Virus record (IMG/VR): IMGVR_UViG_3300028586_000002
Span: 1,345 to 65,344 of that record
Length of the DNA: 64,000 bases
Reading direction: 5' to 3' (one strand)
Source: a virus
Lineage: Duplodnaviria; Caudoviricetes
Translations under genes and position numbers: made by a program
Part shown: positions 18,701 to 27,240 of the stretch, piece by piece
Layout: every line of letters starts with the position of its first letter
Numbering within the stretch: position 1 is the stretch's first letter
The notes under the pieces: generated by a model
Told to the model about the DNA's origin: nothing
What the model saw: only the letters and a program-made list of their open reading frames with translations
Databases searched by the model: none

Positions 18701-20377
18701 GCCGACCGCCTGGAGATCATCGACGAGCAGTTCGAGGAACGCCGCAAGCTGGCAAAGCTGGAAGCCAAGAGCGAGACCGAGTACAACGCGGTGATCGCAC
18801 GCATCAATGAGTCGTCGCAGAAAGCGCAGGCTGTTGAACGCCTGAAGTTCCAGAATGAGCAAGCGTCGAAAGCGAAGGAGTCGGGGAACGCGGCCGTCAA
18901 TCAGGCGCAGTCCGTGGCCGAACGTCTCGCCAAGATCGCGGAAGATCTCGCCAACAAGGAAGGCAAAGCTGATCCGACGATCCCGTACGCAAAGCGCCGC
19001 GCGGCTGCTGTCGGTGTGGTTGAAAAAGCCTATCGCGAACTTGAGAACGACATCGCGAAGTACGCCAAGTCCAAGCCGAAACAAGCTGCATCCGATCTCG
19101 CGACCACTGCTGAATTGCGCAAGCAGCATGTGCTCCTGGCCGGCCAGAACAGCGACCGCAAGGAAGCCGAGCGCCTGTCGAAAGCATTCGAGGATTCGCA
19201 GACGATCCTGACGACGCAGATCAAAGAGATCAATGATCTGTACGCGGCCGGCCGCATCACGGCAGAGCAGCAGCGCGAGCAAACCAATCTCGCCATTGCT
19301 GAACTGGCGCCAGGCGTGGTTGCTGCTGGTGAAGCTGCGCTGGAGTTCGCTGAACGCTTCCGCTCGATCATGGACCCTGTGGCCTTCCAGACCCTCGTGT
19401 CCGGTATCCGTACAGGCATGGTGTCCGCAAACGCTGAAGCGATGACTGCTGGTGCCAACCTGGCCGCACAACAGGCTCAACTGAACGCACTACTCGACGA
19501 GCAGAAAAACAAGCTGGACGCGATCAAGATGCAGCGCGAACTGAACATCATCACGTCCGAGCAGGAACGCGATCTGACCAATCAGGTGACGGAGGACTAC
19601 AAGCAGTCGATCCTCGAAACCGTGGCCGCACTGCAAACGCTCCTGGACAAGACGCGCGAGGTCGGCGGCATGAGCGAAGAGTCGTACCGCAAGGCTACCG
19701 CCGCCGCTGCCGGCCTGACGCTGGAGACGGCCAATAACGTCAAGGCGCAAAGCGATCTGGACAAGGTGATCGTGAACTCGGTAGCCAGCAACGGCGTCAC
19801 CGCGTTCGAGTCGCTTGCGTCGTCAATCGCCAATGTCGCAACCGGCGCCGAATCCATTGGTGAGGGTTTCCGGGGAGCGTTCACTGCGATGGCTCAGTTC
19901 TTCGCACAACTGCTGCGCGACATCGCGCTCGCCATCATCAAGCAAACGATCCTGAACGCGATCACTGCGGCCATGGGTGGTGGCGGCGGTGCTGCTGGCG
20001 GGACCATCGCGAATACCCTGTTCCACTCGGGCGGCGTCGTCGGTCGCGGCAAGGGTGTCGTGCGCGAACTGCCACGCGAAGCCTTCAACAACGCCATGCG
20101 TTATCACACTGGTGGCCTGGCCGGCTTCCGCCCGAACGAGGTGCCGGCGATCCTGGAGCGCAATGAGGAAGTGCTGACCCGCGACGATCCGCGCCATGTC
20201 CTGAACGGCGGCACGCGCGCGGCCGGTGGCGAGGGTGGCGGCGATGCCGGCAACAAGTTCGTGCTCGTCGATGACCGTGCAAACGTCCCTGCCGCAATGC
20301 AGTCGTCGGCCGGTGAGCGCGTCACCATGATCCACCTGAAGAACAACATTTCAACCATCAAAGCGATGCTCAAATAA
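15740..20377 (+). CDS. Tape measure protein (1545 aa)
   Basis: Long Ala-rich helical protein; QMFNKGKVSAEELSSQLGD motif; FHSGG/RYHTGG...EVPAILERNEEVL C-terminal motif. Confidence 0.95.
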   Translation: MADHQDVELRIRATNYSKKPLDQVVAALKEMTDAQTAQIESAKKGDATAEQLSASYRKIENAVKGLLTQQDLTRKYTDQSAALAALKDKVDAARAAQKAYADALPVGVDRTKKQQDALNKLGSTLKSVEDRYLKSEARLAGTAQAMAAVGINAASLAASQQKIRDAVTTANAALERQERALDSMDGWAKQNRDANEAAAAQRRAAAARDAADSDAMLDAQRLSDLEQLFTREVNKRTAAIKAQQQALEAAAAQAERLMRASNTTSRGRTPVIDAALAGQIRDIQNPAEAAVRSVAGIEAAVKKLETRVREIRGPVQDYRGALEETKRAQAALLTVAGNVDAFTRQKAAVVAARYEYTKARTAVSELIAELRSGAAGADITTRLAQAQSTMKAAARELGNLTTSAHASREALRQAGIDTSNLTQAEAQLVAQANRATQALNQLTQAHQRNGAAGDNAGSRIFNWFGGSGGRTTLSFAQRFRGEVLALGASFVGLYAAVGLAQKTLEAYNATNATMNRLTAANGGNVKAAADDFAYLEAQADRIGVSFAKVAPAFAKFAIAAKMAGATTQETRFIFEGFATATAKLGLAGPEVERVFKAVEQMFNKGKVSAEELSSQLGDVLPGAMNLFAKAANVSIPEFVKLMEAGKVGPEIMIGVARQLKEAYSAAGAGTLNLAQAQARFDNAATRFLNSTAKGGFVEAYNDFLIKLTALMNDGQGDILAKNLSAGFSAVVGVLSFVADNIDLIKVAVVGLVAVKFISWLAALPALFLAVKTEVIALNGMLLLLNTRLSIGAITTALTGWLGSLGIATAGLTTQIGFLATALRGLALAVPILGAAAAAYFGTKGILTAFADSNVADAKKAIDASTAAFHKATEARAALTKAAGTKEEAAAKAHYEKMRNLAGEAEKKRQAAIQKARDSYVPLTAEQEASMAGAGKKRSASKYATETEDPGDRPVDLLKKTNEELLAEDKRSAKALKQQRLRSKKEELADRLEIIDEQFEERRKLAKLEAKSETEYNAVIARINESSQKAQAVERLKFQNEQASKAKESGNAAVNQAQSVAERLAKIAEDLANKEGKADPTIPYAKRRAAAVGVVEKAYRELENDIAKYAKSKPKQAASDLATTAELRKQHVLLAGQNSDRKEAERLSKAFEDSQTILTTQIKEINDLYAAGRITAEQQREQTNLAIAELAPGVVAAGEAALEFAERFRSIMDPVAFQTLVSGIRTGMVSANAEAMTAGANLAAQQAQLNALLDEQKNKLDAIKMQRELNIITSEQERDLTNQVTEDYKQSILETVAALQTLLDKTREVGGMSEESYRKATAAAAGLTLETANNVKAQSDLDKVIVNSVASNGVTAFESLASSIANVATGAESIGEGFRGAFTAMAQFFAQLLRDIALAIIKQTILNAITAAMGGGGGAAGGTIANTLFHSGGVVGRGKGVVRELPREAFNNAMRYHTGGLAGFRPNEVPAILERNEEVLTRDDPRHVLNGGTRAAGGEGGGDAGNKFVLVDDRANVPAAMQSSAGERVTMIHLKNNISTIKAMLK

Positions 20378-20379
20378 CC

Positions 20380-22056
20380 ATGGCTATCCGAACTCCTTAT
20401 GACTTCACACTCGATCCCGAAACCCATCCGCTCGGTGAAAAACAAGTCTCGGTGGCTGACCCACTCGGCTCGGCGGCAGGGGCGCGCACCTACTACCTCT
20501 CGCGTCGATTCACCTTCACCGAAGGCCAATACAAGTTCCTCGTCGCAGCGGACGACGCGGCAACGGTCTGGATAGGCACCGACCAGTTCAACCAGCGGAT
20601 CATCGCGACGCCGACGCTGGAGGTGCCGGTGTCCGTCGACGTGACGCTCGCGGCCGGCGAATACCGGATCGACGTGACGCTGGTGAATCTGCCGGTGGCG
20701 CCGACACCCTGCTACTTCACCATGGTCATCATGCGCGGCGATCAGGTGATCTACACGTCGGCGAAGGAAGGCTGGCTGCTCGACGACATCGCGATCAGCG
20801 ACGCCGATCTGCCGCCGAGCGCCGACGTGCGCTACATGCTGCCGGTGTGGTCGGTGCTCCCGAACTGGCAGGGCGGCATCACCGAGAGCCTGTCGTGGCA
20901 AACCGATGTCATGGCAAGCGAGACAGACGCGGAACAGCGCCGCTCGGTGCGCCGCAATGCGCGCCGCTCGTTCGAGGCGTCGTTCCTGCGCCAGCGCGAG
21001 GCCGCAGCACGCATGGACGCGTTCTTCGTCGGTGTCGGTCCCTCGTCGTTCCTGATGCCGTTGTGGCACGAGCAGGTCAGCATGCTCGACGGCATCGACA
21101 TGGCCGGCGCAGGCGTGAACTTCGCGGACGGTGAATTGCGGCTGCGCGAGTTCCGCAAGGGCGACATCGTGTTCGTCAACAACGGCGACCCGAACGATTA
21201 CGATCTGCTGGAGGTCGGCGATGTCGAGCAGAACCGCTTCTCGTGGAAGGTGCCGCCGAAGCGCTCGTGGCCGGCGAAGACGCGGATCTATCCAATGCGC
21301 CTGGCACGCATCGAGCCGAACGACGCGCGGGTCAGCGGCATCACGGACGGCGTGCGTCGCGCGCAGGTGCGCTTCACCCTGGCCGAGCCGTACTACATCG
21401 AAGCCTCGTGGGGCGCGCAGGTGTCGGGTCAGCCGTTCTTCCCGTTCGCCGTGGATCGCGCCACGCCGGTCGACATGGAGTACAGCCGCAAGGCGTACGT
21501 GCTCGACAACGGATCGGGCCAGCCGCGCATCACCGATCACGGTCGCCACACCAGCGTGGTCGTGCAAACGCGGCTGCGCTTGATGGGCCGCGCATCGGCT
21601 TTCCGCTTCCGCCAATTCATCCAGTCGGCGCGCGGTATGGCCCGGCACTTCTTCGCACCGACCTACATGCAGGACATCTACCCGATGGACGACATCAGGA
21701 ACGGTACGCGCGAGGTGAAGATCGAGCCGCAGGGTTTCCGCCAGTCGATGATCGCGCCGCAGCCGGTGCGCCTGCAACTGGCGTTCCAGTACCGCGACGG
21801 CACGCCGACGATCTATGCGACGGTGGCCGATGTGCGGGAGACGCGTATCGGGGGCAAGCTGGTGGCCGAGACGCTTGTGATGGTCGACCCGCTGCCAGCG
21901 ATTACACTGTCGGAATTGAAGCGGATCTCGTTCGTTTGCGAGACGCGCTTTGAACAGGATTCGTTCGAGATCTACCATCCGACAAACGGCCAGGTGGTGA
22001 TCGACGTGGCGTGCGTTCTGCGCCAGGCATCTAACCCGAGGACATTGCCAGCATGA
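20380..22056 (+). CDS. Distal tail protein with N-terminal PA14-like beta-sandwich
   Basis: Follows TMP; AADDAATVWIG...LAAGEYRIDV; PNW..GITE.L.W.TDV...EQRRSVR. Confidence 0.72.
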   Translation: MAIRTPYDFTLDPETHPLGEKQVSVADPLGSAAGARTYYLSRRFTFTEGQYKFLVAADDAATVWIGTDQFNQRIIATPTLEVPVSVDVTLAAGEYRIDVTLVNLPVAPTPCYFTMVIMRGDQVIYTSAKEGWLLDDIAISDADLPPSADVRYMLPVWSVLPNWQGGITESLSWQTDVMASETDAEQRRSVRRNARRSFEASFLRQREAAARMDAFFVGVGPSSFLMPLWHEQVSMLDGIDMAGAGVNFADGELRLREFRKGDIVFVNNGDPNDYDLLEVGDVEQNRFSWKVPPKRSWPAKTRIYPMRLARIEPNDARVSGITDGVRRAQVRFTLAEPYYIEASWGAQVSGQPFFPFAVDRATPVDMEYSRKAYVLDNGSGQPRITDHGRHTSVVVQTRLRLMGRASAFRFRQFIQSARGMARHFFAPTYMQDIYPMDDIRNGTREVKIEPQGFRQSMIAPQPVRLQLAFQYRDGTPTIYATVADVRETRIGGKLVAETLVMVDPLPAITLSELKRISFVCETRFEQDSFEIYHPTNGQVVIDVACVLRQASNPRTLPA

Positions 22057-22871
22057 GTTACAACGACATCGAACTTAGCGACGACGAAGGTCGCCCGATT
22101 TACCTTTACGCTTTCACCATCGGCCCGGCCGTCTTCCGGTACACGTCGTCCGACGCCGATGTGCAGCACGGCGGCTACAACTGGAAAGCGGAACCGATCT
22201 CGGACGGCGGCGTGAAACTGACCGGCGAGGCGAACGTCGACACGCTCGACATCGAGTGCTCGTCGACCCTGGCGCCAGTGGTCATGTTCATCGGCACGCC
22301 GCCGTCGCAGCCGATCATCGTGCGGATCTTCCGCTACCACGAGACCGACAGCGAAGCGATCCTCGGCTACATGGGCGAGGTGTTGCAGGTGAACCGGCCC
22401 GAGCCTGGCCGCGCCACGATCACCTGCGACACGATCAACGCATCCATGCAGCGCGACGGCTTGCGCCTGTCGTGGCAGCGCACTTGTCCGTATGCGCTGT
22501 ACGACGCGGCCACCTGCAAAGCGGACAAGATGGCCCACGTCATTCCGCTGACCATCAACGACGTGCAGGGCAACATCGTCGTGTTCGCCGGCCTGGCGGG
22601 CGTGGCCGACAACACGCTCGACGGCGGCTTCATCGAATGGGTGCATCCGGTGCGCGGCACCGAGTTTCGCGGCATCGAGAGCCAGGTCGGAAACTCCGTC
22701 GAAATGTTCGGCCTGGGTGATGGCTTATACTACGGCCTGACCGTCAATGCTTATCCGGGATGCCGTCGCACCGTCGCGGATTGCACCGACAAATTCAACA
22801 ACCTGGACAACTACGGCGGCATACCGGATCTTCCCGGCAAATCCCCGTTCGATGGTGATCCAGTCTTCTAA
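22053..22871 (+). CDS. Tail assembly protein (DUF2163/BR0599-type)
   Basis: QRTCPYALYD..TC and AYPGCRRTVADC..KFNNLDNYGG.P Cys motifs. Confidence 0.85.
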   Translation: MSYNDIELSDDEGRPIYLYAFTIGPAVFRYTSSDADVQHGGYNWKAEPISDGGVKLTGEANVDTLDIECSSTLAPVVMFIGTPPSQPIIVRIFRYHETDSEAILGYMGEVLQVNRPEPGRATITCDTINASMQRDGLRLSWQRTCPYALYDAATCKADKMAHVIPLTINDVQGNIVVFAGLAGVADNTLDGGFIEWVHPVRGTEFRGIESQVGNSVEMFGLGDGLYYGLTVNAYPGCRRTVADCTDKFNNLDNYGGIPDLPGKSPFDGDPVF

Positions 22872-22882
22872 CAGGCGGGACC

Positions 22883-23119
22883 ATGAATATCTATATCGCC
22901 ATTGCAATGCTGATTGTCTCGGCAATCGTCTCCGTTGCAATGGCTCCAAAACAGCAAACCCCGGCGCCCACGGCGTTCGGTGACATCGACTTCCCGCAAG
23001 CCGACGAAGGTACACCGCAGTCCGTGGTGTTCGGCGACTGCTGGACCGGCGACTGGATGGTTCTCGCGGTGGGCAAGTACCGCGTCGAAGAGATCCGCGC
23101 AGGCGGCGGCAAAAAGTGA
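22883..23119 (+). CDS. Small tail assembly protein
   Basis: Hydrophobic N-terminus, FPQADEG.P..VVFG motif; Chi-like synteny. Confidence 0.75.
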   Translation: MNIYIAIAMLIVSAIVSVAMAPKQQTPAPTAFGDIDFPQADEGTPQSVVFGDCWTGDWMVLAVGKYRVEEIRAGGGKK

Positions 23120-23337
23120 TGCGCGTGTATCGCCGGCACGCGCAGAAAGCCGGCCTGTGCGCACGCGGGTCTCGCGTATGGGCCGCGCAAAACGGCATCG
23201 ACTATTCCGATTATCTCAAGCATGGCGTTCCGGTTGAACGCCTCGAAGCCATTGGCGATTACTTCGCGCTGCTGCTGGTCCGCACGGCGCGCGAGGAAGC
23301 TGCACAACAAACAGGAGTGAGCGATGGGCAAGAATAA
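23119..23337 (+). CDS. Small tail assembly protein
   Basis: GLCARGSR.W....GIDY..YLKHG motif; Chi-like synteny. Confidence 0.75.
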   Translation: MRVYRRHAQKAGLCARGSRVWAAQNGIDYSDYLKHGVPVERLEAIGDYFALLLVRTAREEAAQQTGVSDGQE

Positions 23338-24868
23338 AAACCCGGTGACAGGGTACAAGTATTTCTTCGGTATCCACATGGGTTTGAGCCGTGGCCCGAT
23401 CAACGAGATCGTCGAGATCAAGGTTGGCAAAAAGACGGCATGGCAGGGTTCGATCACGGACACCGGCTCGGTGCAGATCGACGCGCCGGAACTCTTCGGC
23501 GGCGACAAGCAGGAAGGCGGCGTGGTCGGCAAGTTCGAGGTCATGATGGGCAAGTCCGATCAGAAAGCGATCCCGGCACTGGTCTCGATGCTCGGCCACG
23601 CACTGCCGGGATTCCGCCGCATGTGTACCGCGTTCTTCGACGGCACCATCGCGTCAAACTCGCCGTATCCGAAAGCTTGGACGCTGCGCACGCGCCGCAC
23701 CACGAAAGGCTGGCAGAACGATGCGCCGTGGTATCCCGAGAAGGCGATGATCGAACTGAAGGGCGACCCGCAAAAGGTCAAGCCGGCCAAGCCGCCGAAG
23801 AACAACAACGACGGCGAGCCGGCCAAGTGGGACGACGAAGACGCGCCCGAGACGATCACCAAAACGCCGATGATCCACTCGATGAACCCGGCGCACATCA
23901 TCTACGAATGCCTGACCAACAGCGAATGGGGGCGCGGCCTGCCGGTGTCGGCGCTGAACGTCGCATCGTTCACCCGCGTGGCCGATACGCTGTTCGACGA
24001 GAAGTTCGGGCTGTGCCTGCGGTGGACGCGCCGCGACAGCATGGAAGAATTCATCCAGTCCGTCATCGACCACATCGGCGCTGTGATCTACGCCGACCGC
24101 GAGAGCGCGCTGCTGACGCTCAAGCTGATCCGTCTCGACTACGACTTCGACAGCCTGCCGATCTACGACACCGACAGCGGCATCCTGGAGATCCGCGAAG
24201 CCGAGGCCAGCGCACTCGGCCCGGCCGTCAACGAGATCGTGGTCGAGTACACCGATCCGATCACTGGCGAGACGCGCACCGTGAACCAGCAGAACCTCGC
24301 ATCGTTGCAGGCGTCGCGCGGCGTGTTCAACTCGCTGAAGAAACAGTATCCCGGCCTGCCGACAAACGAACTGGCCCGCCGCGTCGCACAGCGGGATCTC
24401 CGCGTCAATGCGATCTCGCTGCGCCGCTACACGATCACGTTCGACCGGCGTGCATGGCGCCTGCCACCTGCCGGCGTGATCCGCATCCGCGACGTTGAGC
24501 GCGGCATCGGCGACATCGCACTGCGCATCGGTAAGATCGAAGACGGCACGCTGCAAAAGGGCGCCATCACGATCACCGCAGTGCAGGACGTGTTCTCGCT
24601 GCCACGCACGTCGTTCATCGGCACCGAACCGCCGAACTGGATCAAGCCTGACACGCGGCCGATCCTGAAGAACCACCGTGCATTCGAGGTGCCGTACTTC
24701 CTCCTGGTCGCCGGCATGACGCCAGCCGACTTTGCATTCCTCGGTAATGATGCCGGCTTCCTCGGCACCGTGGTCGAGAAACCGACCGACCTAGCCCTCG
24801 GCTACGATCTGCATGTGAAACCAGGCGAGATCACCGAGGATGACTACCCACCAACTCCAGCCGCCTAA
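23324..24868 (+). CDS. Central tail hub/tip protein, short form ending at the first C-terminal repeat segment
   Basis: GYKYFFGIHMGL.RGP, LFGGDKQEGG, MNPAHIIYECLTN.EWGRG, FSLP motifs. Confidence 0.85.
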   Translation: MGKNKNPVTGYKYFFGIHMGLSRGPINEIVEIKVGKKTAWQGSITDTGSVQIDAPELFGGDKQEGGVVGKFEVMMGKSDQKAIPALVSMLGHALPGFRRMCTAFFDGTIASNSPYPKAWTLRTRRTTKGWQNDAPWYPEKAMIELKGDPQKVKPAKPPKNNNDGEPAKWDDEDAPETITKTPMIHSMNPAHIIYECLTNSEWGRGLPVSALNVASFTRVADTLFDEKFGLCLRWTRRDSMEEFIQSVIDHIGAVIYADRESALLTLKLIRLDYDFDSLPIYDTDSGILEIREAEASALGPAVNEIVVEYTDPITGETRTVNQQNLASLQASRGVFNSLKKQYPGLPTNELARRVAQRDLRVNAISLRRYTITFDRRAWRLPPAGVIRIRDVERGIGDIALRIGKIEDGTLQKGAITITAVQDVFSLPRTSFIGTEPPNWIKPDTRPILKNHRAFEVPYFLLVAGMTPADFAFLGNDAGFLGTVVEKPTDLALGYDLHVKPGEITEDDYPPTPAA

Positions 24869-26682
24869 TGTCCAATTCCGAATACAACAAAACCGGCGCC
24901 GGCTCGTTCGCGTCCATCATCGCGCTCGACACCACGCTCGGCCGCTTCGACACCACCATCCCTTACACGCGATCCCGCCTGGCCCGCGCCGACGCCATCC
25001 AGGTCGGCATGGCGGCGATGGTCGACTACGAGATCATGAGCGTTACCAGCGTGTCCGATGGCTCGATCACCGTGGCTCGCGGCTGTGCCGATACGATCCC
25101 GGCCATGCACGTCGTCGACAGCATCGTGTGGATCTTCGACTCGACGACTGTCGGCAGCGATTACGTCGAGCGCTCTGCCGGCGACACCGTGGCCGTGAAG
25201 GTCTCGCCATACACCATCGGCGGCGGCAGCGTTCCCACGTCGACCGTATCGCCGGATGAAGTCGATCTGAACTGGCGCTTCTTCCGCCCGTATCCGGCAG
25301 GCCGCATGCGCGTGAACGACAAGCCCTGGTCGGACCCGGCAGAACTGAACGCCAGCACGCCGGCACTGCACCTGACCTGGCGCCACCGCAATCGCGTCAC
25401 GCAGGCCGACAAGCTGGTCCCGCACGAGGCCGAGTCGATTGTCCCCGAGCCAGGCACCACCTACACCATGCGCGTGATCGCGGCCAGCGGCGACGTGGTG
25501 CGCACCGAGGTCGGCATCGTCGGCGTCGATTTCTTCTACCGTCATTCACAGGCTCTCGCGGACCTGGGTCAAACAATGCAAACAGCGCTTCTTCAGTTCA
25601 CGACCAGCCGCGATGGTCTCGACGCATGGCAGGACTACGAAACCTCGTTCACACTCTCGCCGGCCAGTATCGGCGCCATCCCATTCCTGGCGTTCGATCA
25701 GCGCGTCATCGAGTCGCCGTATCTCGTCAATGCGAAGCGCAGCGTCGGCGAGACTAATCACGCTGTAGCGATGGCCGCGCGCCCCGCTGACCGCATGGCC
25801 GATTACTGGCAACTGTATGGCGACGAAGCGCTCGCGCAAGAACCGGAACTGAAGCCGTTCACGCCATGGATCACGTCGCACTTCCGCCTGCCCGAGTTGG
25901 AGGTCACGATCACTGTCCGCACGTCGTCGTTTTACGATGGCGTTGCGCTGAACGGCGTGCGTACTGGCGACGTGGGACTGATCGACGACGAGATCGTGCA
26001 GGTGATGGCGATCGGTCCCGGCAACACGATCACCGTGCGGCGCGGCTGCGCTGATACCGTGCCTGCCGTGCATACCGCTGGCGCCCGCTTGTGGCTGTTC
26101 GGCACGTCGTCGGTGTTCGATCCGTTCGCTCGCTCGGATGGCGAGGTGGTCGAGTACAAGGCTCGCCCGATCAGCTACGGCACGCCGCACGACCTGGCCT
26201 CTCTGCCGGTGAACGCGGTCACGTACGGCCGACGCGCGCAACTACCCTATGCGCCTGGTCGAGTGGTGGTGAATGGCCGGCCCTGGTTCGAGCAGGCGCA
26301 AGCGGTGTCCGGTCAGCCGGTGGTGTTCTCGTGGGCCTGGCGCAATCGCGTCAAGCAGGGTTCCAGCGTCGTCGCGCACGATGATGTCGACCAGGGCGCC
26401 GAGGCGGGCCAGGTGACGCGGCTGCGCTTCTACTACGAGACGCCGCCCGAGTCCGGTGGCACGCAGCCAGTGCAGCACGTTCTGCGCCAGGTCGACGTGG
26501 ACACCGCCGCGACGTTCAACTACACGTACCCGATGGCTATCGTCGACGGCCTGGCCGCTGGTAGCGCGCTCGGTATCTGCGGCACCGTCACCATTCTCTG
26601 TCGCCTGTCGTCGGTTCGCGCTGGTCTCGAATCGCTTCAGTCGTACATCACGCCAATCCGCGTTCCTTCATTCCCCTGCTAA
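24868..26682 (+). CDS. Tail tip protein, two-module paralog A (604 aa)
   Basis: Two copies of DxEI..V...RGCADT.PA.H...W / RPYP.G...NG.PW / W.xRNR module. Confidence 0.8.
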   Translation: MSNSEYNKTGAGSFASIIALDTTLGRFDTTIPYTRSRLARADAIQVGMAAMVDYEIMSVTSVSDGSITVARGCADTIPAMHVVDSIVWIFDSTTVGSDYVERSAGDTVAVKVSPYTIGGGSVPTSTVSPDEVDLNWRFFRPYPAGRMRVNDKPWSDPAELNASTPALHLTWRHRNRVTQADKLVPHEAESIVPEPGTTYTMRVIAASGDVVRTEVGIVGVDFFYRHSQALADLGQTMQTALLQFTTSRDGLDAWQDYETSFTLSPASIGAIPFLAFDQRVIESPYLVNAKRSVGETNHAVAMAARPADRMADYWQLYGDEALAQEPELKPFTPWITSHFRLPELEVTITVRTSSFYDGVALNGVRTGDVGLIDDEIVQVMAIGPGNTITVRRGCADTVPAVHTAGARLWLFGTSSVFDPFARSDGEVVEYKARPISYGTPHDLASLPVNAVTYGRRAQLPYAPGRVVVNGRPWFEQAQAVSGQPVVFSWAWRNRVKQGSSVVAHDDVDQGAEAGQVTRLRFYYETPPESGGTQPVQHVLRQVDVDTAATFNYTYPMAIVDGLAAGSALGICGTVTILCRLSSVRAGLESLQSYITPIRVPSFPC

Positions 26683-27240
26683 CTCATGGCGAAAAGCGAC
26701 TACATCAAAAACGGCGGGCGGGGCGACTTCTCGCCGATGTCCGAACTGTTCACGGCAATCGACTACCTGGACCCGGTGATCGCACTCGGCCGCGCCAACT
26801 TCCCGCGTCTCGATTCGCTGCGGGTCGGCATGGCCGCACTGGTCGACGACGAGTTCATGGAGATCACCGCGATTCTGCCGGGCGGCGTCGCGGTCAAGCG
26901 TGGTTGCGCTGACACCGTGCCTGCGCGCCACGCAGCACTGACGCTGATCTGGTTCGTCGACACTGGCGTGCTCGGCACCGACCGCATCGAATACAGCGCA
27001 GGCGACACCACGGCCGTGAAGTATTCCCCGTACACCATCGGCGGCGGCAGCATGAACGTGGACGAGAGCGGCCAGATCGACAGCGTGACGTACAACTGGC
27101 GCATGTACCGGCCGTATCCACCGGGCCAGCTTCGCGCGAATGGCGAACGGTGGTGGTTGCCGTTCTCGCTCACGTCCGACAAGCCGGTGATGAACCTGAC
27201 CTGGGTCCACCGCAATCGGGTCACGCAGGCCGACAAGCTG
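25384..27240 (+). repeat. Near-identical DNA blocks shared by the two tail-tip paralogs
   Basis: 33 bp with 1 mismatch at 25384-25416 and 27208-27240; exact 21 bp TACACCATCGGCGGCGGCAGC at 25210-25230 and 27031-27051. Confidence 0.85.

Noticed and set aside
24844-24870. Programmed -1 frameshift fusing the tail hub to the 604-aa protein
   Set aside because: The -1 frame is open for only 8 codons and lacks a canonical slippery heptamer; TAATG coupling explains the junction, though low-level slippage at TAC CCA CCA cannot be excluded
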